A stretch of 64,000 nt of DNA. Source: Eledone cirrhosa. Its lineage: Eukaryota. The stretch lies in contig OZ024742.1 in NCBI GenBank assembly GCA_964016885.1, forward strand, positions 141,298,001-141,362,000. Reading direction: 5' to 3'. This document shows, one piece after another, positions 40,453 to 54,135 of the stretch. The position numbers and the translations under genes were made by a program. Position 1 is the first letter of the stretch, and each line of letters begins with the position of its first letter. The notes under the pieces are model-generated. The model was not told where the DNA came from. It did not search any database and was given only the letters and a program-made list of their open reading frames with translations.

Positions 40453-43400
40453 TTATTATTATTGTTGTTATTCCTTGAATCTCAGTCATTGATGTTGGTT
40501 AACTGGAAAGTCCGTTGGATTGAATATCAAGCCACTACCTGCAGCCTCAGATATTCAGGACGTATCGGAGGGTTCTTGCTGTTCCAAGCAAGCATGCCTT
40601 TTGAAGCGTTCCAAAAAGCGTGAAGGGGCCGATTTTCTTTAACCATCCCTGGAAACTTTTGGAGATAGTCCCCAGTGCGCCTATGACAATCGGGATCACT
40701 TTGACTTCATGGCAGTTCCAAATCCTTTTCACCTCCCACTTTAGGTCCTGGTATCGGTTAATTTTCTCCCTCTCCTTCTCTTGCACTCTCGTGTCGAACG
40801 GACAGGCCACATCCACAATCAGACACGATCTTTTTTCTTTGTCCACAACCACCAGGTCAGGTCTATTGTGTTCCAGTTTTTTGTCCGTCTGTATCCTAAA
40901 ATCCCACAGCACCTTCACCTGATTGTTCTCCATCACCGCCTCTGGCCTATGCTCATACCATTTCTCAGAATGTGGTAAACTGTTTACTTTGCACAGGTGC
41001 CAGTGGATCACCCTGCCCATCACATCGTGTCTCCAGCCCTTATAGTGGGTCTGGGCTAGGTGTTTACACTCGGACACAATGTGAGCCACGGTCTCCTCTC
41101 TCTCTCCACAGATCCTGCACAGTGGGCTAGCCTCCTCCTTGTAAATATGGTGCTTCAACCACTTCGTTTTGAGGGCCTGCTCCTGCGCAGCCATTAGCAT
41201 TCCTTCTGTAGCCTTTTTGAGGTCTCCTCTTCTCAACCAGTTCCATGTCTGTGGATCTCTAAATTCAGTTTTCTCAAAGAAGGTACTATGAAGGGATTTT
41301 CCCTTAAGGCTGCTCTTCCTCCTTGATGTTATTTCCTCCTTGGACATCCCCTGGCCTACTGTCCCCTCCTTCAGTACAGTTCTGAGCATTGGCTTCTTAC
41401 TATAGGTCACGTATTTGTATAGGTTGTTTTTCTCCATCTGAAAACAGTCCTCTATGCTGATAAGACCTCTTCCACCCTCAGATCTCCTTAGGTAGAGTCT
41501 ATCGACATCACTCCTCTTGTGGAACATGTTGTAGATAGTCAATAGCTTCCTAGTCTTCCTATCCATTTCTTTTTGTTCAGCAACATTCCATCTCAGAATT
41601 CCCGCACTGTACCTAATAATAGACACAGCTCGGGAATTTACTGCGCTTATGGCATTTCTGCTGTTCAGATGTGACTTCAATACGCTCCTTACTCTCCGAA
41701 TGTATTCAGTTCTTAACAATTCCTTCATTTTTTTGTTCTTTATGCCATCAGCCTCCAGAACGCCCAAATACTTGTATCCTTCCTCAGAGTCAATTTCCTT
41801 TATCATCTCACCTGTTGGTATCTGGATCCCGTTACTTCTGCTCAACCTACCCCTCCTCATCACAATGACTCCACATTTACCAATACCAAACTGCATACAT
41901 ATATCACTGCTGAAAATACGGACAGTGTCAACAAGCACATCCAACTCCTTCTCACTTTTCCCGAAGAGCTTAAGATCGTCCATGAAGAGGAGGTGATTGA
42001 TGGTAAGCTCTCCCCTTCCCAACTTGTATCCTGCTCTCACTTTTCGCAGCATAATGGTCAAGGGCATCAGGGCAAGGACAAACAACAGAGGGGACAGGCT
42101 ATCTCCCTGGAAGATACCTCTCTTGATCTTCACGCTTCCCAAGGATACTCCAGTTGATGTCAACTCTGTCTCCCAGGACCCCATACTCCTGCCTAGCAAC
42201 TGTCTGATGTTATCTGCCACCCTGAAGATCTCCAGGCTTTTGGTGATCCAAGAATGAGGCACCATGTCAAATGCCTTTCTGTAGTCTATCCATCCCATGG
42301 CAAGATCAGTGTGTCTCCTCCTGCAATTCCCCATTACCATCTTATCAATAAGTAACTGGTCCTTTGTACCACGTGACTTCTTTCGGCATCCTTTCTGTTC
42401 GTCCGGTAACAAGTTGTTTGTGTGGAGGTGATGGTAGATTTCCTCAGACACAATGCTCGTCAACAGTCTCCACACTACGGACAGACATGTGATAGGTCTA
42501 TAGTTGGTAACATCATTACCCTTGATTCGGTCTTTCATTATCAGAACTGTGGTACCTTTTGTCAACCACTCTGGCACCTCACCCGACACCAAGCAGTCAT
42601 TGAACATGGCCGTCAGCTTCGGGTGGAGGGATGTTAAATGTTTAATCCAATACCCCTGCACACCATCTGGGCCTGGTGATTTCCAGTTGGTTAGTTTTTT
42701 GGCCTGCCCCTTAAGAGTTTCAACTGTGATACTCAAATCAGTTTGTTGTTGTGCCTGCTCACCGATCTCCCTCTGTACTGTCTCAATCCACCCTGCCTGG
42801 ACATTATGTCTAACATCCTGCTCCCATATTCCTCTCCAGAATGTTTTAGTTTGCTCCGCCTCAGGGATCAAGTCGTTGCCTCTTTCTTTCCCTTCAAACT
42901 GTCCAAACAGCATCTTCTGGTTGTTGTCGAACATGCGGTTCTGTCTATACTGGCTGACTCTGTTCTCGTATCGCCTGATTTTTGCACTCTTTGCTACAAT
43001 GCGTTGCTTCAGTTCCTCTATGATAATATTTAGCTTTTTCTTCCTAGTTTTGTACTTTATTTCCAGTCTATTTTTAGTGTCTATATTTTTTAGTGTCCCA
43101 TTAAGTAGTGACTCAAGCTTTCCTATGTCATTTCTCATTTCCCCGATTTGCCCACTCAGTCGCTTCTTCCACCACGGCTCTGCTCTTTCTTATCTGTTGT
43201 TTCCTCTCGCTTTTATACCAAGTAGTTTCCTCACCGTATTTGCTGTTGCTTTGAGGATATTGTTGCACTGGTGAAGGCTCCTCGCCTCAAGGTATGGGAT
43301 GACTTTGTTTACCTTAGCTGTTGTTTCTTTTAACTTTTTCCTGTCTACAAATCTTAGGTTCATAGGTCTCCCACTATCATTGTTCAATTCATCTACCACT

Positions 43401-45027
43401 AAATTTATGATGTCAACCGAATCTTGTCCTAGCCCGTCAGCATTCATCTCCTCAGTGGCCGTATCTCTGTTCCAGGTATTATTTATCTCAGTATTCAGAT
43501 CATTATCTGCTTCGGGTGGTTCCTCCGTTCTCAGGACTTCTTCACCTTCATTTCCCACTGGCTCGCTTGTCTGGCATACTACACCCGCCATCTCCAAGCC
43601 ATTCTCTCTGCTCAGTTCCTCCAGTTCCAGCTCGCTTATCCACCCATTAGTTCTTATTACCCGAGCCTGCCCCGCCAATTTTTGTTCATCTAATTTAAAT
43701 AAACCAATCTCGTTCCAGATGTTATGCATCCGTCTCCTGTAGCCCCTCCCCTTGGGGTTACTTTTCAGGTAACATTGCATAACAGTTCTATTCAATTCTT
43801 TCGTCCAGTTGGTTCTGGCCCCTTTCCTTCTTCTCCTTCCTCCAACATCAGCAGTATTTGGTTGACAGTCAGGTTCCTGCTGCTGAGCCAGGGGGCACCT
43901 GTTGGGTGAGAGTCTGTCACATGACGTTCTAGTCTCCATTTCACCGTTATTCGAACTGTTTATGTTCGATATTTAAACACTCTTATCGAGGATTGGCGAA
44001 TGTATGGTTACATAGCCATCTGTGGATCCGCCATTCCACTTGGCCCTTGTGTGGCATTATCACCACGCTGTATACGAACACACATAAACAAACAAACATA
44101 GGCAGAAAGGGCCCCAAAAATGAATAAGCATAAGTTTCATTGTAATGTAGTGTTCGAATGTCTGACTTAGTTTTTGTTTTTTAAGTTTTAGTTCCCCCCC
44201 CCCTCTTCTCTGTCCGTCCGCCTGCTTCTCTCTTCATTCTTATTTTCTTTACGTTTTTTTTGGGGGGTTTTTTTTTTTGTTTTTATTTTTGTTTTTCTGT
44301 TTGTTTTTCTCGTTTTTTGCTGTTGTTGCTGTGCTGCTTTGGTTTTGTTGTTTGTTTTTTCTTTTTTCTTTTGAGTCTATCTATATATTTTGATGTTTTG
44401 ATGCCTTCCTCTTTTTTAGCAGTAGGGATTCTATAATGTGGTGGCAGCAGTCAGCTGGGAGAAGTGGGGACTGGCGGCGGTAGCGATACTGAGACAGTGG
44501 TGGTGGTGATGTCGATACCGAGGCAGTGGTGGCGGTGATGTGACCGTATTACTGTAGTGATGGTGCTGTAGCGGTGGCAGCAGTGAAGGAGTGAAGGGGT
44601 GGTGGCGGCGGTGATGGGATAATGGTGGTAATGATGGCCGTAGTGAGCGGTGGTGGTGAAAATGCCGTTATCTGGCTGTTGTGTTTAGTGTACACAGGTG
44701 ATGGGGTGGGTGGTGTATCTAGTTTCTGGTGTTGGTGAGTTTGGCTGTTCTATATAGTGTAGACAGAGGAGAGGAGGGGGGGTTCTTCTTCCATTTATAG
44801 CCATTTTCTTTTTTGGATACACAGTGTACAATACAAAGTTGAATATTTGAATATTTGAGCCTTATAACAATATATTTTGGGTCCGAATTTTTTTGGGCTC
44901 AAGCCGGGTGCTTTACGTAGCATTTGTACTAAGAGTTGTTATTTCACAAATGATTTAAATATGTTAAAAATTCAAAACTTACGGGAGCGATTTCATGACC
45001 TCCGCCACCTCGTGCGTCTTCTTCCCT
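40453..45027 (-). mobile_element. R4/Dong-like RLE non-LTR retrotransposon 2, near intact (5' boundary inferred)
   Basis: ORFs 43939-43190 and 43138-40547 are in frame, separated by one TAA. FMDD RT motif, CRIC..H..C, RHD, NRPD. (TAA)n at the 3' end and a (TAA)n array at the inferred 5' end. Confidence 0.92.
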
Positions 45028-45101
45028 TATTATTATTATTATTCTTCCCTATATTATTATTATTATTATTATTGTTGTTATTCCTTGAATCTCAGTCATT
45101 G

Positions 45102-45160
<59 letters not shown>

Positions 45161-45259
45161 TATTATTACTTTTTTTTTCCAATTCAATGATATTCCAGAA
45201 CAATATAAAAGAGATAATTGGCAATTTAGGTTCTGGAACAAAAAAGATAATTGGCAATA

Positions 45260-48200
45260 AGGGCAGGGGCCCCAGGTTATCACAGCCTGGGCCCGCTCGT
45301 CATCGTGCCATTGGAATAGAGCCAAACAAGGCATTTAGTCTTGGCTGCTGGAACGTACGGACGCTGCTTAACAGGGATTCCTTGGGGCGTCCTGAACGAA
45401 GGACCGCTCTTGTTGCAAAGGAGCTTCGACGTTACGATCTTGACATCGTGGCTTTATCTGAGACGAGGCTAGCTGGAGATGGTCATCTTACGGAATTTTG
45501 TGGAGAATATACATTCTTCTGGAAAGGAAGAGATGAAGGAACCAGAAGAGAGGCTGGGGTAGGATTTGCTGTTAAGACTGTGCTTGTGAACAAATTAGAA
45601 GAATTCCCAGTAGGGATTAGTGAGCGTCTTATGTCCATGAGAGTTCCGCTGGACAAGGGAAGATATGCTACCCTGGTGAGTGTGTATGCTCCAACTATGA
45701 GTTCTGTCGATGAGGAAAAGATGTCCTTTTACCATGCCTTGAAAGGTGTTTTAAGAAATATCCCTCAGGCAGACAAAGTCATCGTACTTGGTGACTTTAA
45801 TGCTAGAGTGGGTAGAGATTTTGACACATGGAATGTAATCGGAAGGCATGGGGTGGGAAAGTGTAACAGCAATGGTATGCTCCTGCTGCAGATGTGTGAG
45901 GAGCTGGATCTGTGTGTTACCAACACCATGTTCCAACAAAAGAACAAATTCAAGACCACATGGATGCATCCTGCATCTAAGGAATGGCATCTTTTGGACT
46001 ACGTCCTAGTCAGGATGCGTGACAGACAGGATGTGCAGTGTGTTCGTGTTCTTCGTGGAGCTGAGTGCTGGACGCGCAAAAGTGAAACTAATCACTAAAC
46101 GTAAAATCCGGGCTCCTGGTGTTGCCCTGCCCAAAAGATTGAATGCTGCTCGTCTTAAGGATAAAAATGTGAAGAGGACATTGGAAGAAGAGATGCAGGC
46201 TGCAGATCTTGGTGAGGATTGGCCGACCCTTAAAAAGTCGGTTTATGATGTAGGCAGGCGTGTTCTGGGATTGGCGCAGAGGAAACATCAGGACTGGTTT
46301 GATGAGAATGATGTACATATAGAAGACTTGTTGGCTGATAAGAGGCGTGCTCTGTCACGCTACTTGACGGCAAAACCACAGGAGAGGAATACGTTGCATG
46401 AGGAACTCAGGGATGTAAAATCACGTGTTAGGCGGAGTCTTTCTCAGATGAAGGATCAGTGGTGGAGTGAGAAGGCTGGTGAGATACAAACTGCGTCTGT
46501 TTCCAATAACACAAAGCTGTTGTACAGTCTCTTGCGTGAGGTTTATGGACTGTCTTCTTCTCTGGTGACACCGCTTCGCAGCAAGGATGGCAAAGAACTT
46601 CTTCGTGACTCACAAGGAATTCTACGAAGGTGGCGAGAGCACTTTGATGATCTTTTGAATCAGTCGTCTGTCGTCAGTGAAGATTTCCTCAATCTCATTC
46701 CAGAAAGTCCTGTGAAAGTAGCTCTCGCAGAACCTCCGACGCTTGTGGAGGTTGCAGTGGCTATTTCGAAGCTGAACAGTGGAAGATCTCCAGGTATGGA
46801 TGGCATACATGCTGAGCTCCTACAATATGGTGGTGAGAGACTCCTGCAACATCTTCACTCTTTGTTTGGCAGGATATGGGCTAACGAATCCGTACTTGAG
46901 GACTGGAGAGATGCAGTAATGGTGGTCTTGTACAAGGGAAAGGGTAACAGGAACGATTGTGGGAACTACAGAGGTATATCATTGCTTTCTGTCGTAGGGA
47001 AAGTTTTATGTAGGGTGCTTCTGGACCGTCTGCTGACACACATTGCAGATTGTGTTCTTCCTGAAAGTCAATCTGGTTTTCGTGCTGGACGCGGCACTAC
47101 TGATATGATCTTCTCAGCTAGACAGCTCCAGGAGAAGTGCATGGAACAAGGCTTGGATCTGTATAAGGTTTTTGTCGATCTGACAAAAGCTTTCGATACT
47201 GTTAACAGAGATGCATTATGGAAGGTTCTCCAGAAACTTGGTTGCCCTGATAAGTTCCTTGCTTTAGTTAGGTCTTTCCATGACGACATGAAGGCTTGGG
47301 TTAATGTCGGGGGTAACATGTCGGAGCCTATCTCAGTAAAAAATGGAGTGAAGCAGGGGGATATTCCAGCACCGACCCTGTTTGCCATATACTTTGCAAT
47401 GGTTTTCTGTATTGCATTCAGGAATTGCGAGCATGGTGTTTACATCCGATATCGAACCTCAGGCAGCATATTTAACATCAGGCGCTTTGCTGCAAAGACA
47501 AAAGTGTTTACATCAATCATAAGAGACCTCTTGTATGCAGATGATTGCGATCTTGTAGCGCACACAGAGAGTGATATGCAGCACATTTTGAATGCATTTT
47601 CTGACGGTCGCACTGCCCTAGGTCTGACTGTCAGTCTCAAGAAAACCGTCGTCATGTACCAACCTGCCCCTGGTAAGCAGTACACTGAACCAAACATCTA
47701 TGTGTATGGCAAACGACTTGGAGTGGTTGATCAGTTTGTCTACCTGGGAAGCACTGTCAATCGATACAGCAACCTTGACAGTGAAATCTTACTTAGGATT
47801 AGGAAAGCAAGTGATGCTTTCGGAAAGCTAGAAAGGCGACTCTGGGGTCGGCGAGACATATGCAGGAGGACAAAGGTAAAGGTGTACAGGGCATGTGTGC
47901 TCTCTTGTCTTCTTTATGCCTGCGAGACCTGGGTCACATATCGACACCACCTTAAGCAATTGGAGCGTTTCCATCAGATGTGTCTCAGACGGATCCATGG
48001 CGTTCACTGGAGGGATCACATCAGTGATGTCGAGATTTTGGAAAGCTCTATGTGTGACAGTATAGAAGCTTTTGTGCTTAAGCAACGACTCCGTTGGAGT
48101 GGTCACCTTGCCAGGATGAAGGATTCTAGAATACCAAAACAACTCTTTTATGGAGAGTTGGTTAAAGGAAAACGACCGCCACATAAACAAAAAAAAGAGG

Positions 48201-48909
48201 TATAAGGATTCCTTGAAAGCCTCTCTGAAAGACGCTAACATCTCTGCTGATACATGGGAGAATATTGCTGCTGATCGTAATAAATGGAGAAAGACTGTAT
48301 ATGAGGGAAAAGTTGCCTTTGAGGCATCTCGAATCGCATACGAGAAAGTAAAGCGGGATGTGAGGAAGGGCATTGCTGTTGCACTTCCAGACGACGAGGG
48401 TCCTCCTATGGTGCTGACATGCAGCGTATGTGCGAGACTCTGCCTAAGCAAAGCTGGACTCGAAAGTCATCTTCGCAGTCATAAAGAAAGACCAGTGGTT
48501 GACTACCAGGCTGCTGTTGGAGATGCTACTCATCATGCTTGCCAAACATGTGGTAGAGCATGTAAATCAGCAGGAGGGCTCAAGCGACATGCAAAAGTAC
48601 ACGAACTCCAACCACAGCCGACTATTCCCAGTGAATGTTTTGGTTGCCGACTCTGTGCAAGACATTTTAGATCATTGGCTGGGCTAAAAAGCCACATTCG
48701 ATCGTAGCGCTGTTAGTTGCTATCGTGTGTGTGTGTGTGTGTAGATATGCTTATGTGTGTGCGTGTGTGTGTATATATGTATATGTATATTATTATTGTT
48801 GTTGTCGTTATTATTATTGTTGTTATTATTATTATTATTATTATTGTTATTAATGTATGTGTGTGTGTATATGTGTGTGAGTGTGTGTGTGTATGTGTGT
48901 GTGTATGTG

Positions 48910-48940
<31 letters not shown>

Positions 48941-48957
48941 CTCTTTTTTTTTCTTTT

Positions 48958-49026
<69 letters not shown>

Positions 49027-49089
49027 TATTTTTTTTTTTTTTATCGTGCAATGGCCATACTCGATAACGAGGGGGGCAGCCATCATCAT
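45260..49089 (+). mobile_element. RTE-clade LINE, near full length, 3' UTR interrupted by microsatellite-rich DNA
   Basis: APE + RT ORF; (CAT)n tail at 49081-49089. Confidence 0.88.
45313..48707 (+). pseudogene. RTE ORF: APE endonuclease, RT and three C2H2 zinc fingers; two frameshifts (~46072, ~48190)
   Basis: WNVRTL, LSETR, VYAPT, LGDFNARVG, LLDYVL; NYRGISLLS, FVDLTKAFD, GVKQG, LYADD, YLGS; CSVC..HLRSH, CQTC..HAKVH, CRLC..HIRS. Confidence 0.92.
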
Positions 49090-49096
49090 GTATGTA

Positions 49097-49489
49097 CAAG
49101 GGTAATCCCAAAAGTAACGTCTCCAAAGCAATGGGGACGCAGAGAAACTGTTCGTACGGTTGTTGGCAACACTGTTGTGATGGGTGCTTCCTTCACTCCC
49201 AAACAAGCATGCGCGCGCTTCGCTGGGATGCTCAATCTTGGCTTGGCAGCCGTTGAGAATGGAGCTCCCGTTGAACGCTACCGCCAAGTGCGAATTTCGC
49301 GCAGTTATTATATAGAGGGCAATCCCAAAACTAAGGTCTCCTTCCGAGGAAAACATGCGTAAAAATCGGCGGATCACTCTGGATGCTTTCTGCATTTTGG
49401 TTCCTGAGGTTTCCCGAAGTACCATCCACAGGATTTTAAAGGAAAAGTTGAAATATCGGAAGGAGACCTTACTTTGGGGATTGCCCTCG
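49097..49489 (+). mobile_element. Internally deleted mariner element
   Basis: TA-flanked TIRs (C)GAGGGCAATCCCAAAAGTAAGGTCTCC. Transposase pieces MELPLNATAKCEFRAVI and NRRITL..VSRSTIHRILKEKLKYRK. Confidence 0.85.
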
Positions 49490-50800
49490 TATGTATGTAT
49501 GTATGTATGTATGTATGTATGTATGTATGTATGTATGTATGCATGCATGCATGCATGCATGTATGTATGTATGTATGTATGTATGTATGTATGTATGTAT
49601 GTATGTGTGTGTGTGTGTGTGTGTTTAGCCAACACCCAGTCTATTCGTGACTGGGGAACCGATAACACATCGGGAAAACTTCAAAGCAACAGGCTACTTT
49701 GCAATTATCATATATTTTCTTCTGTTAAAATTTTCATCGCTCTATTTACGACTAGGTCATTTACAGTGCCACCATTGCAGTGCAGTTGTGTCAGTTTTGA
49801 TGTTTTTTGAATGGCTAAAATGACTCTTCAATAATGTAATTACTTTAGTTCAAGTACATTTGAATAAACAACAATACTTTCCACATAGTGACTCCCCGCT
49901 GGTGAATTTATAGTTGAGAAAGTTCTGATACTTTCAATAGTTGTCTACATAAGGACGCTAGAAACTTGATATGATTTGCAAAAAGTTTTCTCATTAGTAA
50001 TTTTTTCCATAAATCTCGTACTAACTCTGATTTAGAACGTTTTTTTTTCTTTTGGATTGGGTCTGTGCCTGAGGTTTCAACGAAAATTACTCTCTCAAAG
50101 TGAAAGATAAGTGGTTGAACGTCATGCTGTTGTTTCGTAACCTGTTATGTACTATATCCGAGTTTTACTACACGATTTCAACATTCACAACTGTTTTCAT
50201 GCTTTATGTGTTTTTGGCTTGGCTAAAGATTTTTGATTGTATTTAATTCTTTTAGGTATATTCTATAATATGATAATAAAACTAAAAAGAAAAAAAAGTC
50301 AGATTTGTTGCGAAGCATCATAACATTGATTGCCGGCAGTTATTTATTTAGTGGTGGGTTTTCAGAAATTGAAAACCACATAAGACATGTAAAATGTCTT
50401 TGAGATTATAACATATATTCATACAAGAAAAAGCAGAAAAAAAAGCAACAAAAATAAACAAACAGATTTTTATTAAATTTTATTAAAAGACACATTACCT
50501 CTTGGAACATTGGGATTCATTGGAACCAACTTTGGGAAACATCGATATAGTATGTCATATAGTATCATAGATTTAAAAAGGAAAAGAGCCTATATATATA
50601 TATATACACACATATATATCGAATTAAAAAGTGGAGTTAAAAACTCAATCATCCCCTATAATTTAATGAGGTCAAGAAACAGATTCCGGGCTCTTTATAA
50701 ATCAGCATATAGGTAGAAGTACACATAGAGATATGTGTTTAATCATAGGGCATTTAAAAGATTTAAATCCCCTATGATTGAACACATTTCTCTCTATATG

Positions 50801-50931
<131 letters not shown>

Positions 50932-51104
50932 GGAGGAAAAGAAATTGAAGATACAACTGGAGTCTTTCAAAAATATTTTAGTTTACCGGTTTCACAGTTA
51001 TGATTTTCAAAAGTAATATTCAGATGGAGGGTGTGTTTCTGATGTAGTGTGTCACATATTACATTTACCCGTGTGGGACATTAACAAACTTTACTTTCTT
51101 ATAT

Positions 51105-51217
<113 letters not shown>

Positions 51218-51348
51218 TATATATATATATATATATAAAGAATTAGTATATCTACCAACATATATATACAGATGCATACCTATGCTAGCAAATATATAGG
51301 TTTTGTCTTAGTAACTTTGTGGTTCAATGCAAGGGGATGCAGAACATT

Positions 51349-52037
51349 TATATGAAACGTAAAATAAGAAAATTATAAAAATTAACTTACTTACTAAAAT
51401 TTCACTCCAACTAATTAGTTTCTGAAAGGGAATAAACATGGTTTCCGAATTGAACAACATGGAGAAAATCCTTTCGTCATCAGGGAGGTCTATTCTCAGC
51501 TAAGTTCCCAGGCAATGCGTGGACACAGGGAACTTATACAAAAATAATTCAGTGGATGGAAAAAAGCAACCGAGGACTAAATTCCAGGACATTGTTGGAG
51601 AGTGTTTTGCAACGACTTATTAAGTGAAGTTCTCACGTTTCTCGGTTCCTCAGTAGTTATATATATATATTTATTTGGTTCCTTTACCGGTTTCGCAGTT
51701 CTTCTGCTTTTCAAAAGTAGAGTTGAGATGGAGGGTCTGTGGTTTTTCTCACATCTGGTTGGTCTCTGAATGTTACTTGTTTTATATGGAAAAAAGTGGC
51801 TCGAAATGTCAAGTTTTTAGTCCTCGGTTGCTTTTTTCCATCCACTGAATTATTTTTGTATAAGTTCCCTGTGTCCACGCATTGCCTGGGAACTTAGCTG
51901 AGAATAGACCTCCCTGATGACGAAAGGATTTTCTCCATGTTGTTCAATTCGGAAACCATGTTTATTCCCTTTCAGAAACTAATTAGTTGGAGTGAAATTT
52001 TAGTAAGTTAATTTTTATAATTTTCTTATTTTACGTC

Positions 52038-52045
<8 letters not shown>
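51349..52045. repeat. Inverted repeat pair A/A' (51349-51581 and 51816-52045)
   Basis: Near-perfect ~230-bp reverse complements. Confidence 0.9.
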
Positions 52046-52115
<70 letters not shown>

Positions 52116-52120
52116 ATGTG

Positions 52121-52320
52121 TGTTCAGAGCCATCTTCAGCATTCTCGTGTAGCACCCATCTACCATCTGAGTGAGTTTCTTGGTCAGTGTCCAAGTCTCA
52201 GACCCGTACAGCAGCACAGACTCCACTACAGCAACGAAGAGGCGGATTTTCAGGTCTTTACGAAGGTTTGACTGCCACACCGATCTCCAGCTGTGGCACG
52301 CCACCCAGGCTTTGCTCTTC
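52121..52320 (-). pseudogene. RTE-like LINE RT C-terminal fragment
   Basis: LKIRLFVAVVESVLLYGSETWTLTK..DGCYTRMLKMALN. Confidence 0.85.
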
Positions 52321-52503
52321 ATCCTAACATGCTAATCATACTACCACACACATAACACCCATACACACACATAACAACCCCCACACCCACACACACAACT
52401 CCCTCCCCCATTTCTATTAATAGAATCACTTTCCTACACACATATATACAGACACACAAAATATATATTCTCTCCATCTTAACATACTCCCACACACACA
52501 CAC

Positions 52504-52605
<102 letters not shown>

Positions 52606-53137
52606 AGCACACAAATAAACATACATATCTTTACTTTCTTTATTCAATAGAAAATCGGAATTCTGACACCCCAGCGATCTAACCATATTCACTGAACCAG
52701 AACAATTCTCCCATCCCATTTCTCTTGACCATTATATTTTGCTTGTCATAAAATTCTCTAAAAAGGCTACAGAATAGATTTCCAAATAAGGGAGCGAAAA
52801 TTTAATGAAAACTTGTTCACGTGACAGCCATAATTTCATTTATAACCAATCAAATTACGTTTATTAAAAAAAAGCCTTCGTGAGCCCCCTTTTTTTTTTA
52901 AGTAAAAAGAAATTCAAACACTCATATATGAAAAAACAACCTGTGACACCCCCCTCCCTGGTTTGAAGAACTATTGTAACGCGAACTGGCGCGAAATTTA
53001 TTATAATTATTGACCAACCAATCAAATTACTTCTCTAAAAACTTGACATTTCGAGCCACTTTTTTCCATATAAAACAAGTAACATTCAGAGACCAACCAG
53101 ATGTGAGAAAAACCACAGACCCTCCATCTCAACTCTA

Positions 53138-53173
53138 CTTTTGAAAAGCAGAAGAACTGCGAAACCGGTAAAG
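53138..53173 (+). ncRNA. Minimal hammerhead, U3/A8 variant (mirror copy 51682-51717 on minus strand)
   Basis: ctt-TTGAAAA-gcag.aagaa.ctgc-GAAA-ccgg-TA-aag. Confidence 0.65.
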
Positions 53174-54135
53174 GAACCAAATAAATATATATATATAACT
53201 ACTGAGGAACCGAGAAACGTGAGAACTTCACTTAATAAGTCGTTGCAAAACACTCTCCAACACTGTCTAGTTGTTACCAGGCATTTTTGCCCAATATAGG
53301 TCTGTTATTTTTCTTAATTTAATATTTAAATTTAGGGAATACAAACTATATTACTGTAGTTAGTATTTTTTCAACCTAGCAAATTTTGGTCCTTACGATT
53401 CGAACACATGTATATTTATATTAGTGTTCATCTCTCTTGTTTATTCTACACTGCCTGGTATCTTGGTCAAGGGCTTTACCATAGCCTCGGCTATGGCCCA
53501 AACCTTGTGAGTGAAGTTGAGTGGATGGAAATTATGTGCAAGCCTGTCAGATGGATTATACTTGTAATTCAAAGGTCCATAGTGTTACGCTGAGTCGGCT
53601 TGGGAATTATGTTAATGGTATATGAGTGTCTCTGAAATACACAACCACCACTTTGATTTGACTAGAACGGCATTCAATTGATTTATCGAGAACGATGTTC
53701 AATTCATCGAACAACTAAAAACAAATCATCAAAACCGGCAGAGGATCCATTATTTTAATTTGTTATATTCCCACATCAAACTGTACTTCTATGAGAGATT
53801 TACTGCCCAGTTATCTCACTAGTTATTTCATTTACGGATAAAGATTCTATTATCTATTGGATGCATGTTTTTTGCATGGTTTAACCTTTTCAGAGGTATA
53901 TAATGTCGCTGCCCTGTCGATATTGACGAAAAGAAAACCAATTTCATTTTCAGCCGGTATGATATAAACTTTCTAAATTCAACATAGGCGTCTTGACTGC
54001 AATTGCTTTCAATAAGGCTTTACTAAAGTCAAATAGATGTATGTATGTATGTATGTATGTATGTATGTATGTATGTATGTATGTATGTATGTATGTATGT
54101 ATGTATGTATGTATGTATGTATGTATGTATGTATG

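Noticed and set aside
51902-51967. Hammerhead in A'
   Set aside because: The core and helix II are present, but helix I does not close next to the cleavage site, so it is not called as intact.
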